Source: an uncultured Verrucomicrobiae bacterium (lineage in GTDB: Bacteria > Verrucomicrobiota > Verrucomicrobiia > Chthoniobacterales > JAFAMB01). From it: a DNA stretch of 64,000 bases. This document shows, one piece after another, positions 42,195-52,368 of this stretch. Each line of letters opens with the position of its first letter. The first letter of the stretch is position 1. Position numbers and translations under genes: made by a program. The stretch covers positions 104,180 to 168,179 of the forward strand of contig CAVZKG010000001.1 in assembly GCA_963775805.1 (NCBI GenBank), given 5' to 3'. The notes beneath the pieces were generated by a model, which saw nothing but the letters and a program-made list of their open reading frames with translations, was not told the origin of the DNA and ran no database searches.

Positions 42195-43421
42195 ATGAAA
42201 ACCGATCCAGCCTCTGAAGTTCTGCTCCCGCAAATAGTTGCCGCGCGATCGCGCCTAAACGGTGCGATCGTCCGCACGCCATGCGCCGAGTCGGCAGCAT
42301 TGAGCGAATTGACGGGAGCACAGATCTTCTGCAAACAGGAGCATCTTCAGCGGACAGGAAGCTTTAAAGAACGCGGGGCTCGTAACGCGCTCACGCAACT
42401 AAGCGCCGAACAATCCCGTCTAGGGGCTATTGCGGCTTCTGCCGGCAATCATGCCCTGGGACTTGCTCGGCACGGTCGTTTACTCGGTGTACCGGTCACG
42501 GTAGTGATGCCTCGGTTTGCACCACTGGTTAAAGTGGCTCAATGCCGGCAATTCGGAGCGGAAGTGGTGCTATTCGGAGACACGTTCGACCAATGCAGGG
42601 CAGAAGCCGGACGGATAGCGCAGGAACGGGGATTGGCGTACGTCCATCCTTTCGACGATCCTGCTGTGATTGCCGGTCAAGGCACGCTCGCATTCGAAAT
42701 TCTTGAGCAGGTGCCGGATTGCGAAGCGATTATCTTACCTGTGGGAGGCGGCGGGCTGCTTGCAGGGGTCGCAACTGTCTTTGACGCCCTAAAACCGAGT
42801 GTTGAAATCATAGGGGTTGAGCCGGCGGCCGCACCGAGTTTCGCTGCGGGGCTTGCCGCAGGAGAGCCGACGCGAGTGTCGACAAGGTTCACGCTGGCCG
42901 ATGGGCTAGCTGTTGCGGAGGCTGGAAAGTTGCCGCTGGGGATCATGGGGCGAATGAAGCACCGAATGACCACGATCGAAGAAGAATGGCTGGCGCTAGC
43001 CATCCTGCGTCTGGCAGAGCTTGAAAAGTGCGTTGTTGAAGGGGCTGGAGCTGCGGGGCTTGCTGCTTTGCTGTGCGGGCGTTTGCCAGAGTTAAGAAAA
43101 CGTCGCGTCGTTCTGATTTTGTCGGGCGGCAATATCGATCCCTTGGCGCACAGCCGCGTCATTGAACGGGGGCTTGCTGCAGACGGACGAATTTATCGAT
43201 TTGACGCGTTGATCAGCGACAGGCCTGGGGGCCTGGCGCATCTCTCTGGAGTGCTTGCGGCGGCAGAAGCAAATGTCACGGAGATCGTTCATAATCGGAC
43301 ATTTGCCGGTCCGGATATGTCGCGTGTTCACGTCCTTTGCACAGTTGAAACGCGAGATCGCGGACATATAGCCGAGGTTCAGCAGAAGCTGACCGAAAAT
43401 GGTGTTGAGCTATGTTCGTGA
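42195..43421 (+). CDS. ilvA: Threonine ammonia-lyase with a single C-terminal ACT domain
   Basis: TGSFKERGA (PLP lysine), ASAGNHA, PVGGGGL, SGGNID, DRPGGL ACT domain. Confidence 0.93.
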   Translation: MKTDPASEVLLPQIVAARSRLNGAIVRTPCAESAALSELTGAQIFCKQEHLQRTGSFKERGARNALTQLSAEQSRLGAIAASAGNHALGLARHGRLLGVPVTVVMPRFAPLVKVAQCRQFGAEVVLFGDTFDQCRAEAGRIAQERGLAYVHPFDDPAVIAGQGTLAFEILEQVPDCEAIILPVGGGGLLAGVATVFDALKPSVEIIGVEPAAAPSFAAGLAAGEPTRVSTRFTLADGLAVAEAGKLPLGIMGRMKHRMTTIEEEWLALAILRLAELEKCVVEGAGAAGLAALLCGRLPELRKRRVVLILSGGNIDPLAHSRVIERGLAADGRIYRFDALISDRPGGLAHLSGVLAAAEANVTEIVHNRTFAGPDMSRVHVLCTVETRDRGHIAEVQQKLTENGVELCS

Positions 43422-43821
43422 TGCTAGCCGGGACACTGTTCAGTTAGCTCTCAAGCTCTTGAGGCGGGGCCTATGAGGCGTATGAGGCGCATGGGACTGC
43501 TGAAAAGAAGATGCTAACCGGAGATTTTTGCAGTGATGATCGTTTTAATTTGGAATCCGAAGGAAATATTTTTTTCGGTGAAGAAAGGGCAGGCAGAGCA
43601 TGGTTTGCATAACGGCTTGCGGCTAAGTCGAGTAATGCGAGCGAATTACGAATATAATCTACTAATAGTATATTCGCTCGAGGGATGTGCGGCCTCCAGT
43701 GTAGCGCGTGATGAAGATTGACAGGAATGAAGGAATTGGCTAGGCAAGAGTAACCCCGGAGGAACCACTCGATTCATCCGGGGATAATAGTCATAACCCC
43801 CAAAGGTCGATCAGAAAAACC

Positions 43822-45258
43822 ATGGACAGGTTTGTCGCACTCTGCCCGTTAACCGGGCGTCACGGAAATACGCGTTTGGGCGAACGCGAAGACTGGAAGA
43901 GAGTTACTTGGAGAATGAGCGGCTGGTGCTCGATGATTCTGCTTGGAATTGGAATGATGTCCGGCAGTTTATCGGGACAGGCTGGACAACCGGGATGGAA
44001 GTGGGCGGCGAGTTGGACCACCGCCCCGCAGGATGTGTTCAGCGGGAGTTCCGCGGCTGCTTTAGTCAATTTTGCATTTCCGAATCCGACAACGGTTGGA
44101 GCGAGCAATCAAACCCTTCGAATGATTGTGAAGCCGGATATCTGGAGCAACAAAATCCGTCTCCGATTTTCGAACTACTGGGGAACCCAACCAATCACTT
44201 TGGGCCACGTGATGGTCGGATTGCAATCTTACTCTGGGAACGTTTTGCCGGGAACGAATACAGAGGTAACGTTCGATGGTCACGAGTCGGTCACGATCCC
44301 TCCAGGTCAGCGCGTGTTCAGTGATGGTGTTCTTCTTAAGTGGGTGCAAGGAGAACCAAGTGTAGAGGACGTTGATCCGATGATCGACGGGCATAATCTT
44401 GCCGTCTCCATCTTCGTACAAGGATCAAGCGGCCCACTGACCTATCATAGCACCGCTCTAAACGAGTCGTTTTTGAGTGGGCCGAATGTGGGCGATGTCA
44501 CCGGAGACGAGAGTGATTTCAATTATCCGTACGAAACGAATCACTTTTTTCTGATTGACGCAGTAGACGTCTGGGTGCCCTCCGACACGCGGGTTTTAGT
44601 TGGGGCGGGGAGTTCATCGGTGGACGGCTCGGTGACCACGCCCGACAGCAACGATCGGTTTCTAAATTGGATGTCGCGTCGGTTGCATGCGGTCTGGGGT
44701 AACCATGTTTCCGTGGTGAACGAAGGAATTGGCGGTGATACTGCGGCGATTCCTGCGGTGCTACCGCTGCGTCAAGTGTTACCGCAACGATTCAATCGAG
44801 ATATCCTTGGCGTGAGCGGTATCACGGATGTCCTTTTCTATGTTGGCACAAACGATTTCGGGGACGGTGTTCCTGCGGTGCAAAGTATCGCCTCGCTCCA
44901 GAGCATGGTAGGAATTCTGCGCGCGAACGGGATCAAGGCGATCGGTTCGACTTTGATATCGAACGTAATGCAAGCAGGGACGACTGCGGCCACATATGCG
45001 GCGCATATCCAGATTAATAACTATATCTTGTCGCCGGGCGCGTTCGACAGCACCGCGGACTTCTATACCGCGACTTGCGATCCAACCACAAAGATATTGT
45101 TGCCACAGTACGCAACGCACAGTGATCCGAATGGAACTCCCGACTTTCTCCATCTGGGGAGAGCCGGCGCCGAGGAGGAAGCCGATACGCTGGACGTAAA
45201 CTTTTTCGCGCCCATCCTTGTAAAAGGGCATCAAGCGTCACCGCTCTCGCAGAATTGA
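43822..45258 (+). CDS. Secreted SGNH/GDSL-family hydrolase
   Basis: WAASW, QTLRMIV, RLRFSN, NEGIGG, GTND, DFLH. True start may be ATG 43915, which gives a signal peptide. Confidence 0.82.
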   Translation: MDRFVALCPLTGRHGNTRLGEREDWKRVTWRMSGWCSMILLGIGMMSGSLSGQAGQPGWKWAASWTTAPQDVFSGSSAAALVNFAFPNPTTVGASNQTLRMIVKPDIWSNKIRLRFSNYWGTQPITLGHVMVGLQSYSGNVLPGTNTEVTFDGHESVTIPPGQRVFSDGVLLKWVQGEPSVEDVDPMIDGHNLAVSIFVQGSSGPLTYHSTALNESFLSGPNVGDVTGDESDFNYPYETNHFFLIDAVDVWVPSDTRVLVGAGSSSVDGSVTTPDSNDRFLNWMSRRLHAVWGNHVSVVNEGIGGDTAAIPAVLPLRQVLPQRFNRDILGVSGITDVLFYVGTNDFGDGVPAVQSIASLQSMVGILRANGIKAIGSTLISNVMQAGTTAATYAAHIQINNYILSPGAFDSTADFYTATCDPTTKILLPQYATHSDPNGTPDFLHLGRAGAEEEADTLDVNFFAPILVKGHQASPLSQN

Positions 45259-45531
45259 TTGGATGCGGAGAGACTGAAATACGGAACAGGATGCCACTCC
45301 AGGGTAATCGCCAAGGAGTGGCAATCTTCCGGGGGCCATGGCGTAAGCCATGGGATCTTCAATCCTGCCCTTGATGCGATCTGAAGGGTCCCCGGAAATG
45401 TGCCGGCGTCATCTGATTTCCAAATTGCGATTGAGTTCAGCCTCGCTTCTCCAGCTCCTTCAGAGCTGATCGTTTTTTGGGGTCCCTTTCCCAGGGCTGA
45501 GGAACGGTGCCGCTCCGTGGCACTGCACCGC

Positions 45532-46384
45532 TACGAGGACGAGCAGGAGCACGATTACGATTGGGAGGGGAAGGGAGCTCGCATCAGAAGAGTCTGCCAT
45601 CTGCAATCGTACTCGTAATCGTCATCGTGCTCGTACTTGATTCATGGGCGTTGTTGGGGGAATGCGCGAGTGCTTGGTTACTTGACGCGCAGTCAACGAG
45701 GGGAGGTCCCAACGCGCGGCGGGGGTCCAGCTCGCTCGAGTACGAGGACGAGCAGGAGCACGATTACGATTGGGAGGGGAAGGGAACTCGCGTCGGAAGA
45801 GTCTGCCATCTGCAATCGTACTCGTCATCGTGCTCGTACTTGATTCATGGGCGTTGTTGCGGGAATGCGCGAGTGCTTGGTTACTTGACGCGTAGTCAAC
45901 GAGCGGAGGTCCCAACGCGCGGCGGGGGTCCAGCTCGCTCGAGTACGAGGACGAGCAGGAGCACGATTACGATTGGGAGGGGAAGGGAGCTCGCGTCGAA
46001 AGAGTCTGCCATCTGCAATCGTACTCGTCATCGTGCTCGTACTTGATTCATGGGCGTTGTTGCGGGAATGCGCGAGTGCTTGGTTACTTGACGCCTAGTC
46101 AATGAGCGGAGGTCCCAACGCGCGGCGGGGGTCCAGCTCGCTCGAGTACGAGGACGAGCAGGAGCACGATTACGATTGGGAGGGCAAGGGAACTCGCGTC
46201 GGAAGAGTCTGCCATCTGCAATCGTACTCGTCATCGTGCTCGTACTTGATTCATGGGCGTTGTTGCGGGAATGCGCGAGTGCTTGGTTACCTGACGCGCA
46301 GTCAACGAGCGGAGGTCCCAACGCGCGGCGGGGGGTCCAGCTCGCTCGAGTACGAGGACGAGCAGGAGCACGATTACGATTGGG
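45532..46384. repeat. Tandem array of ~203-bp units (4 full + 1 partial) with internal inverted repeats
   Basis: Marker TACGAGGACGAGCAGGAGCACGATTACGATTGGGA starts at 45532, 45741, 45944, 46147 and 46351 (periods 209, 203, 203, 204). Confidence 0.95.
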
Positions 46385-46547
46385 ACGCGTTTACGATAGG
46401 AGGGGGAGTTTAGTCTAGTGCTATCTTAGCGCCAGGTCGGACTTAATGCATTCGATCGAAAATCGGTCCTTGATCGGATACCCACCAATATATAAAATTG
46501 TAGCGCTATCGATTCTAATTCGAGGAGCCCATGCAGCAAGGGATATC

Positions 46548-47885
46548 ATGGCTGTCGAAATGAGAACAGAAATGGAGCAAACCGCAGCGACGAAGGCGCT
46601 GGCGATTGTTCAGCTGCTTTTGAGAGATTACCATCCGAGGGACTTTGCCGTTTCGTTCTGGGATGGCACGCTTTGGCCGGCGGAGACTGATTCGCCTCGT
46701 TTTACCCTCGCCGTCAGGCATCCTGGTGCTTTGCGGCGGATGTTAACGAAGGGGTCAAATGATCTAGCTGTCAGCGAGGCGTTCATTTCCGGGGACCTGG
46801 ATGTGGAAGGTGATTTGGAAGCAGCGATGCCGTTGGGCGATTATTTAGCGAATCGCAACTGGTCCGCATATACCGTGATGCGGATCGGAGGTAACTTGTT
46901 TGGGCTCCGCGCGAGCCGGCCCCGCAGGAAAGGACGGCAATCGGCAGAATTAGTCGGCGAAACGCACTCCATCGATCGCGATGGTACGGCAATCAAGTAT
47001 CATTACGATGTTTCCAATGATTTTTATGCGCTCTGGCTGGACAAGCGGCTGGTCTATTCCTGCGCCTACTTTGAAACGGGTGATGAGACGCTGGATGTGG
47101 CGCAGAGACGCAAGCTTGATTACATTTGCCGAAAGCTACGATTGCGGCCGGGTGATCGTCTTTTGGACATCGGTTGTGGCTGGGGCGGGTTAATTATCCA
47201 CGCGACCCGTCGTTATGGGGTCCAAGCGCTCGGTATCACGATTAGTGCGAACCAGGCGAAGCTGGCAAAGGAACGGATCGCTCAATTTGGTCTCGAGCAG
47301 GAGTGCAGGGTCGAAATGCTCGACTATCGGAATTTGGATGTTTCGGAACGCTTCGACAAGATCGTCAGCGTTGGAATGTTCGAGCATGTGGGGGAACGGC
47401 TGCTTCCGCTTTATTTCCGGCAGGCCTGGCGGCTCTTGCGTCCTGGCGGAGTGTTCCTAAACCACGGAATTGCGAATCGCTCGATTGATCCGGTACCAAA
47501 GGGTCCCAATTTCATCAGCAAATACGTTTTTCCGGACGGCGAGTTGGTACCGATCAATGTGACATTGCGGCATGCGGAAGATGCCGGTTTCGAGGTGCGC
47601 GACTTGGAGAGTTTGCGAGAACATTACGCACTCACACTTGAACGGTGGGCCGAGCGCTTGGAAAATCGGCAAGCGGAGGCGTTGCAGGCGGTGGATGAAT
47701 CGGTCTATCGCATATGGCGCCTCTTTTTAAGCGGTTCAGCGTACGCGTTTTCGGCGGGCCTGTTGAATCTGTATCAGACATTGCTGGTCAAGCCAAATGA
47801 GGGGCAAAGCGGTTTGCCGTTGACGCGTGCGGATTGGTATACGGGCAGTGCGACGGCGATCTCCAATCGGTCGCGTGCTGATTAA
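46548..47885 (+). CDS. cfa: Cyclopropane-fatty-acyl-phospholipid synthase
   Basis: HYDVSNDFY, YSCAYF, LDIGCGWGG, SVGMFEHVG, YVFPDGEL, REHYALTL. Start position uncertain. Confidence 0.92.
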   Translation: MAVEMRTEMEQTAATKALAIVQLLLRDYHPRDFAVSFWDGTLWPAETDSPRFTLAVRHPGALRRMLTKGSNDLAVSEAFISGDLDVEGDLEAAMPLGDYLANRNWSAYTVMRIGGNLFGLRASRPRRKGRQSAELVGETHSIDRDGTAIKYHYDVSNDFYALWLDKRLVYSCAYFETGDETLDVAQRRKLDYICRKLRLRPGDRLLDIGCGWGGLIIHATRRYGVQALGITISANQAKLAKERIAQFGLEQECRVEMLDYRNLDVSERFDKIVSVGMFEHVGERLLPLYFRQAWRLLRPGGVFLNHGIANRSIDPVPKGPNFISKYVFPDGELVPINVTLRHAEDAGFEVRDLESLREHYALTLERWAERLENRQAEALQAVDESVYRIWRLFLSGSAYAFSAGLLNLYQTLLVKPNEGQSGLPLTRADWYTGSATAISNRSRAD

Positions 47886-47904
47886 CAGCCGGCCGCGCGG
47901 GTTT

Positions 47905-48693
47905 TTATTGTATAAACAGGCGGTCGAGCGCCGGATAGAGGATGGGTGGCCCAGCCACGAGCGAATTCCCTTTCCAGAGTCCATCATTTGAGAGAAAATC
48001 GCTCGTCTTACCACCTGCGGCTTCGATGATTGCCAGAGCACCAAGGCAATCCCATGAATTAATGTGCGGTTCGACGTACCCAATCAGTCGTCCGCAGGCG
48101 ACGTAACAGAGCGTCAGCGCTCCGGATCCTTCGCGATAAAACATCGCCCCTTGGGCAAGCAGGTTTGAGAACAAGGGCAAAAATCCCGACGGCCTGACTC
48201 GAGGTGAGTACCCAACACCGACGATCCCTTCCGTCAATTGAGTCGCGGCGCTGACTTTAATTGGACTGCCGTTGAGAGTTGCCCCGGCACCGCGGCGACC
48301 TGCAAAGTATTCTGCTCGCGCAGGACCAGCGACGAGCCCTATTTCAAGATTTCCATCAAACAGAAATGCAATCGATACGCACCAACCGCTGAGCCCGCTG
48401 ATAAATGGTTGGGTGCCGTCGATCGGATCGACTACCCAGATGCCTTGATCTGTCGCGAACTCAGTCCGTCCCGTCTCCTCACCAAGAAAAGCATCCTCCG
48501 GGAACTGCTTTTTGAGGCGCTCGCGAATCAACAATTCGACGTTCAGGTCCGCCTCGCTCACCATATCCTGTGGTCCCTTGTTGTGGACGCTCAAGGTGTC
48601 GAGATTGCGAAAATATCGAAGGGCCAAATCTCCCGCTTCCTGAATGAGGGCGAAGGCATAAGCGAACCGGTCGTCGATTGAAGTTGGTGACAT
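47905..48693 (-). CDS. Inositol monophosphatase family protein
   Basis: VSEAD, GEE, WVVDPIDGT, GSGAL, WDCLG. Confidence 0.9.
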   Translation of the reverse strand: MSPTSIDDRFAYAFALIQEAGDLALRYFRNLDTLSVHNKGPQDMVSEADLNVELLIRERLKKQFPEDAFLGEETGRTEFATDQGIWVVDPIDGTQPFISGLSGWCVSIAFLFDGNLEIGLVAGPARAEYFAGRRGAGATLNGSPIKVSAATQLTEGIVGVGYSPRVRPSGFLPLFSNLLAQGAMFYREGSGALTLCYVACGRLIGYVEPHINSWDCLGALAIIEAAGGKTSDFLSNDGLWKGNSLVAGPPILYPALDRLFIQ

Positions 48694-48737
48694 AACAAGT
48701 GTCGGACCTGCTGGGGCGTTTTTTCATGAGAAAGGGG

Positions 48738-49637
48738 TTAAGGTTTTTTCCAAAGCCATGCGGCGCCGCGAACGCCGCTGGAATCGCCATGGACCGATTT
48801 GCGAATCGGGGTGTCAAACACTGTTGAGAAGACCTGGCGGGCCAGTTCCGGAGGCAGGTCGACATAAAGTTCTTCGACATTGGAGATTCCTCCTCCAAAA
48901 ACGAAGATGTCCGGATCAAGCGTATTGACTACCAGAGATAAACCCCTGGCAACCCGGTGAATGTAACGATTCCAGACGAGCCGGGCGAGGCGGTCGCCCT
49001 TTCGCATTTTGTCGATGATTTCCCCGGCCTTCAACTCAGTGTGCGTGTGCCGTTGATACTCGGCTTCGAAGGCGCGACCGGAGACCCAGGTTTCAAGGCA
49101 ACCTCGCTTTCCGCAATAGCAAGGTTCTCCCGGAATCTCGGTGACATCGGGCAGCGGCAACGGATTGTGACCCCATTCCCCTGCACTATTATTAGGGCCG
49201 TGATGTGCCTGTCCATCGATCGCTATACCTGCTCCTGCGCCGCTCCCAAGGATTACGGCAAATACGACACGGTACCCGGCGCCTGCTCCGTCCACCGACT
49301 CGGAAGCGGCGAGACAGTCGGCATCATTTTCGACCCGGATTTCGCGTCCGAGTGCGGCCCGTAGATCGCGCTCTACGGGGCGGCCGAGGAGCCATGTCGA
49401 GCTGGCTCCTTTGCCGATGCGCGACTTCGGCTCAAGCGAACCTGGGATGCCGATACCGACCGGGCTACTTTGACCAGTGGTCACCTCGATTTGATTGACC
49501 AGATCAACGATTATCCGTATGCAGCCTTCATAATCGTGCCGTGGTGTTTTCTCTCGTAAGCGGATAACCTCCGCTCCCTCTTCTGTTAGAGCGATCGCTT
49601 CGATTTTCGTGCCGCCCCAGTCGATTCCGATGAGCAT
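48738..49637 (-). CDS. ROK-family sugar kinase (fructokinase, Mak-like)
   Basis: IGIDWGGTKIE, ENDADC, GEWGHNPLP, CYCGKRGCLE, HGDSSGVRGAAWL. Confidence 0.9.
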   Translation of the reverse strand: MLIGIDWGGTKIEAIALTEEGAEVIRLREKTPRHDYEGCIRIIVDLVNQIEVTTGQSSPVGIGIPGSLEPKSRIGKGASSTWLLGRPVERDLRAALGREIRVENDADCLAASESVDGAGAGYRVVFAVILGSGAGAGIAIDGQAHHGPNNSAGEWGHNPLPLPDVTEIPGEPCYCGKRGCLETWVSGRAFEAEYQRHTHTELKAGEIIDKMRKGDRLARLVWNRYIHRVARGLSLVVNTLDPDIFVFGGGISNVEELYVDLPPELARQVFSTVFDTPIRKSVHGDSSGVRGAAWLWKKP

Positions 49638-49661
49638 TGGAGATAGGAGGGGTTCTGTTGA

Positions 49662-50960
49662 TCAAACCGCCGGCCGATTTGCGATCTCATGCCGACGCGA
49701 AAATAGGAGGTCGCGATCGCGTGAGAAACCAGCCAGAAGAGGTAAGCTCGCGGCACCCAGGACACTGGCGTTGCCTCCGATGCGGCCTTCCACGACTTCG
49801 GCCGGTGCGATGCCCTGAAGTTCCATTCGCTCAAATTTATTCCGCGTTTTTTGGACGATGGCGGACCGGACAGACTCCGGAAAGACTCCATCGATCACGA
49901 TGGCTTCGAAGTCGATCACGGAAAGCGCAGAACCGACCGCCGTACTGAGGCTCTCCGATGCCTGTTCGATCCAGTCCTCCAGTGTCGTTCCCAGGTCATT
50001 CCACGCGTCCGGCGAGGACCGCAATAAGGAGGGGTCCTTTCCTTGGCTTCTCAACCGCTTCTCCAGGATATAGATTGACGCTCGCCGGATGAGACATTGA
50101 GGGGAATTCAAGTCAGGATCCGGCACGAGGATCGATCCGAATGACCCGGCATAACCTGCGCGTCCCGGATAGAGCGCCCCGTCCAGAACGACGCCTCCGC
50201 CGATGAACGTGGCAAAAAATACGTAGAAGAAATTGGCATACCGTGCGCGATTTCCAAATGTGAGTTCAGCTGCACAAGCAGCTGTTGCATCGTTGCAGAG
50301 ATAAACCGGCCACGGGACTCGTTTCTGGACTTCGGTCTTGACGTCGTAACCGCGCCATGTGTCAACGACGTCGCGTGGTGCGCCGGTCTCTGCTTCCCAT
50401 CTCCATATTTGAAAAGGAATGGCGACTCCGAGACCGCAGATCTTTGTCGCCTGCTCCTCGTCGAGATGACGGGAGATTTCAGCAATACTGGATTGCACAA
50501 AGCGCTCAAGTTCCTTAGGGACCGGGTACGCGTAGCTTGTGGTTTGAAGGCATCGAACGTTGCCGACAAGATCCATCAGAACAAAGGTCGCGGTTCGGCG
50601 GCCGAACTTGAACCCGATTGAGAAAGCGCCTTCGGGGTTCAGCGACATTGGGATTGAAGGCTGTCCGACTTTGCCCCTTAAAGGCTCCCGGCGAAGGAGG
50701 AGACCGTCGCGTTCGAGCTGTTTCATGATGACGGAACTGGTCTGGGTTGAAAGTCCGGTGCGCCGCGCGATTTCAACCTTTGAGAGACTTCCATGGCTAC
50801 GAATGAGGGAAAGAACCAGCCGTTCATTGTAAAGTTTCACTCCAGACTGGTCCGTACCCCGGCTTGTATAGCCTGTGTCAGGGAGTGAGCTAGGAAATGA
50901 GCGGGACGCGCGAGGCATTCGGTTCAATGTTGCTTTCGGGCGAGCAGCTGGGATCGCCAT
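49662..50960 (-). CDS. ROK-family transcriptional repressor (FrcR-like)
   Basis: YNERLVLSLIR HTH, RGKVGQPSIP, NDATAACAAE. Divergent from the fructose-type ABC genes. Start uncertain. Confidence 0.88.
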   Translation of the reverse strand: MAIPAARPKATLNRMPRASRSFPSSLPDTGYTSRGTDQSGVKLYNERLVLSLIRSHGSLSKVEIARRTGLSTQTSSVIMKQLERDGLLLRREPLRGKVGQPSIPMSLNPEGAFSIGFKFGRRTATFVLMDLVGNVRCLQTTSYAYPVPKELERFVQSSIAEISRHLDEEQATKICGLGVAIPFQIWRWEAETGAPRDVVDTWRGYDVKTEVQKRVPWPVYLCNDATAACAAELTFGNRARYANFFYVFFATFIGGGVVLDGALYPGRAGYAGSFGSILVPDPDLNSPQCLIRRASIYILEKRLRSQGKDPSLLRSSPDAWNDLGTTLEDWIEQASESLSTAVGSALSVIDFEAIVIDGVFPESVRSAIVQKTRNKFERMELQGIAPAEVVEGRIGGNASVLGAASLPLLAGFSRDRDLLFSRRHEIANRPAV

Positions 50961-51044
50961 TTCGGGGGAGATTTCCAGGTGCGAGCCGCTGTAAAAGGGA
51001 AGCACCTGCAGACTCGAAGAACTGTCAAAGGAAGGGGCGGCTAA

Positions 51045-51110
51045 GTCAAATCTTAATAATAAATCATACCGAGTTATTTATTTGACACTTTTGGGCGGCT
51101 AGCAGAGTAT
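51045..51110. promoter_or_regulatory. Candidate ROK operator and back-to-back promoters
   Basis: AATAAAT-N11-ATTTATT (51058-51082) nested within GTCAAAT...ATTTGAC. TTGACA at 51082 on + and TTGAC on - at 51045-51049. Confidence 0.55.
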
Positions 51111-51222
51111 GGGCAACTTTCGTTCCTTACCCTCTCGAACAGGAACCGCCCGGTCTCCCGCTCGAGGAATTTTGCGATTTACGCGCTAACTCAAAACAAC
51201 CCCCAGATATAAGGTTAACCAA

Positions 51223-52329
51223 ATGCTAATGACGACCCCTTGCATTACAGATTCCGACGCATTCAGCGCCGGTGGAAAAGATAAAAAGGCCAGCCAACCG
51301 CACAGGAGAAGAACTCTCAGTTGGGCTCGGCAGGTCGGCGTCGCAGGTTTGCGGATTGCTTTTGGCACTCTCGCATTTGTGGCGCTCGCGAGCGTATGCG
51401 GCATTGCCGCGACAGCGAACGCTGCGGGCGATCAGATTCTAATTGGTCTCGTTACAAAGACAGAAGTTAACCCTTATTTCGTTAAATTGCGGCAAGCGGC
51501 GACCGCCGAGGCGGAGAAGCGCGGTGCGAAGCTTATCGCTCGATTCGGTAAGTTTGATGGCGACAATGAAGGGCAAGTTGCTGCGATCGAAGATTTCATT
51601 AGCGCCGGAGTCAAAGGGATACTGATTACACCCAATAACTCCACCGGCGTGCTCGGGATCATCAAGAAAGCGCGCGACAAAGGGATTGTCGTAATTGGTC
51701 TCGATACGGCGACAGACCCGGCGGATGCGGTGGATGCGACGCTGGCGACGGACAACTTCCAGGCAGGGGTTTTACAGGGTGAATATGCAAAACGCGCTTT
51801 AGGGGACAAGCCGGCGAAACTTGCAATGCTGGATGGGTCACCTGGTGGAACGGTGGACGTTCAGCGGCATGACGGCTTTCTGAAAGGGTTTGGCATCAAG
51901 GAGGGGGATCCTGTGATTGTTGGCAAGCAAGACACGCATGGGGCGTTGGACGAAGGCCAGACGGCGATGGAGAACCTTTTGACGGCTCATCCCGATATCA
52001 ACGTTGTTTATACAATTAACGAACCGGCTGCCGAAGGCGCCTATGCTGCGATCAAGAAGGCAGGCAAAACGAAAGACATTATTATTACCTCTATCGATGG
52101 GGGTCGTCTCGGTGTGCAATATGTAAAGGATGGCAAGATTGCTGCAACCGTGATGCAATTTCCGAAGATCATGGCGACAAAAGGGGTGGACTTTGTTGTT
52201 GATTTCGTTAAGACCGGCAAGAAGCCAAGCGGATTTATAAACACCGGCGCAGAATTGATCACCGACAAGCCTTTTTCGGACCTTCCTTCGAAGGACACGA
52301 AATTCGGTGTCGAGAATTGCTGGGGTTAG
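51223..52329 (+). CDS. frcB: Fructose-type sugar ABC substrate-binding protein
   Basis: LVTKTEVNPYFVK, GKFDGDNEGQ, ATDNF, VYTINEPAA, QFP, terminal CWG. Confidence 0.8.
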   Translation: MLMTTPCITDSDAFSAGGKDKKASQPHRRRTLSWARQVGVAGLRIAFGTLAFVALASVCGIAATANAAGDQILIGLVTKTEVNPYFVKLRQAATAEAEKRGAKLIARFGKFDGDNEGQVAAIEDFISAGVKGILITPNNSTGVLGIIKKARDKGIVVIGLDTATDPADAVDATLATDNFQAGVLQGEYAKRALGDKPAKLAMLDGSPGGTVDVQRHDGFLKGFGIKEGDPVIVGKQDTHGALDEGQTAMENLLTAHPDINVVYTINEPAAEGAYAAIKKAGKTKDIIITSIDGGRLGVQYVKDGKIAATVMQFPKIMATKGVDFVVDFVKTGKKPSGFINTGAELITDKPFSDLPSKDTKFGVENCWG

Positions 52330-52368
52330 CACGAAAATATCTCACGAGAGCGGGCGATGAGATAACCG

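Noticed and set aside
45532-46384. CRISPR array
   Set aside because: The whole ~203-bp unit repeats, there are no unique spacers, and no cas genes are present.
45507-46418. ORFs inside the tandem array (e.g. 45507-46046, 46102-46413)
   Set aside because: They are translations of the repeat that shift frame between copies because most periods are not multiples of 3.
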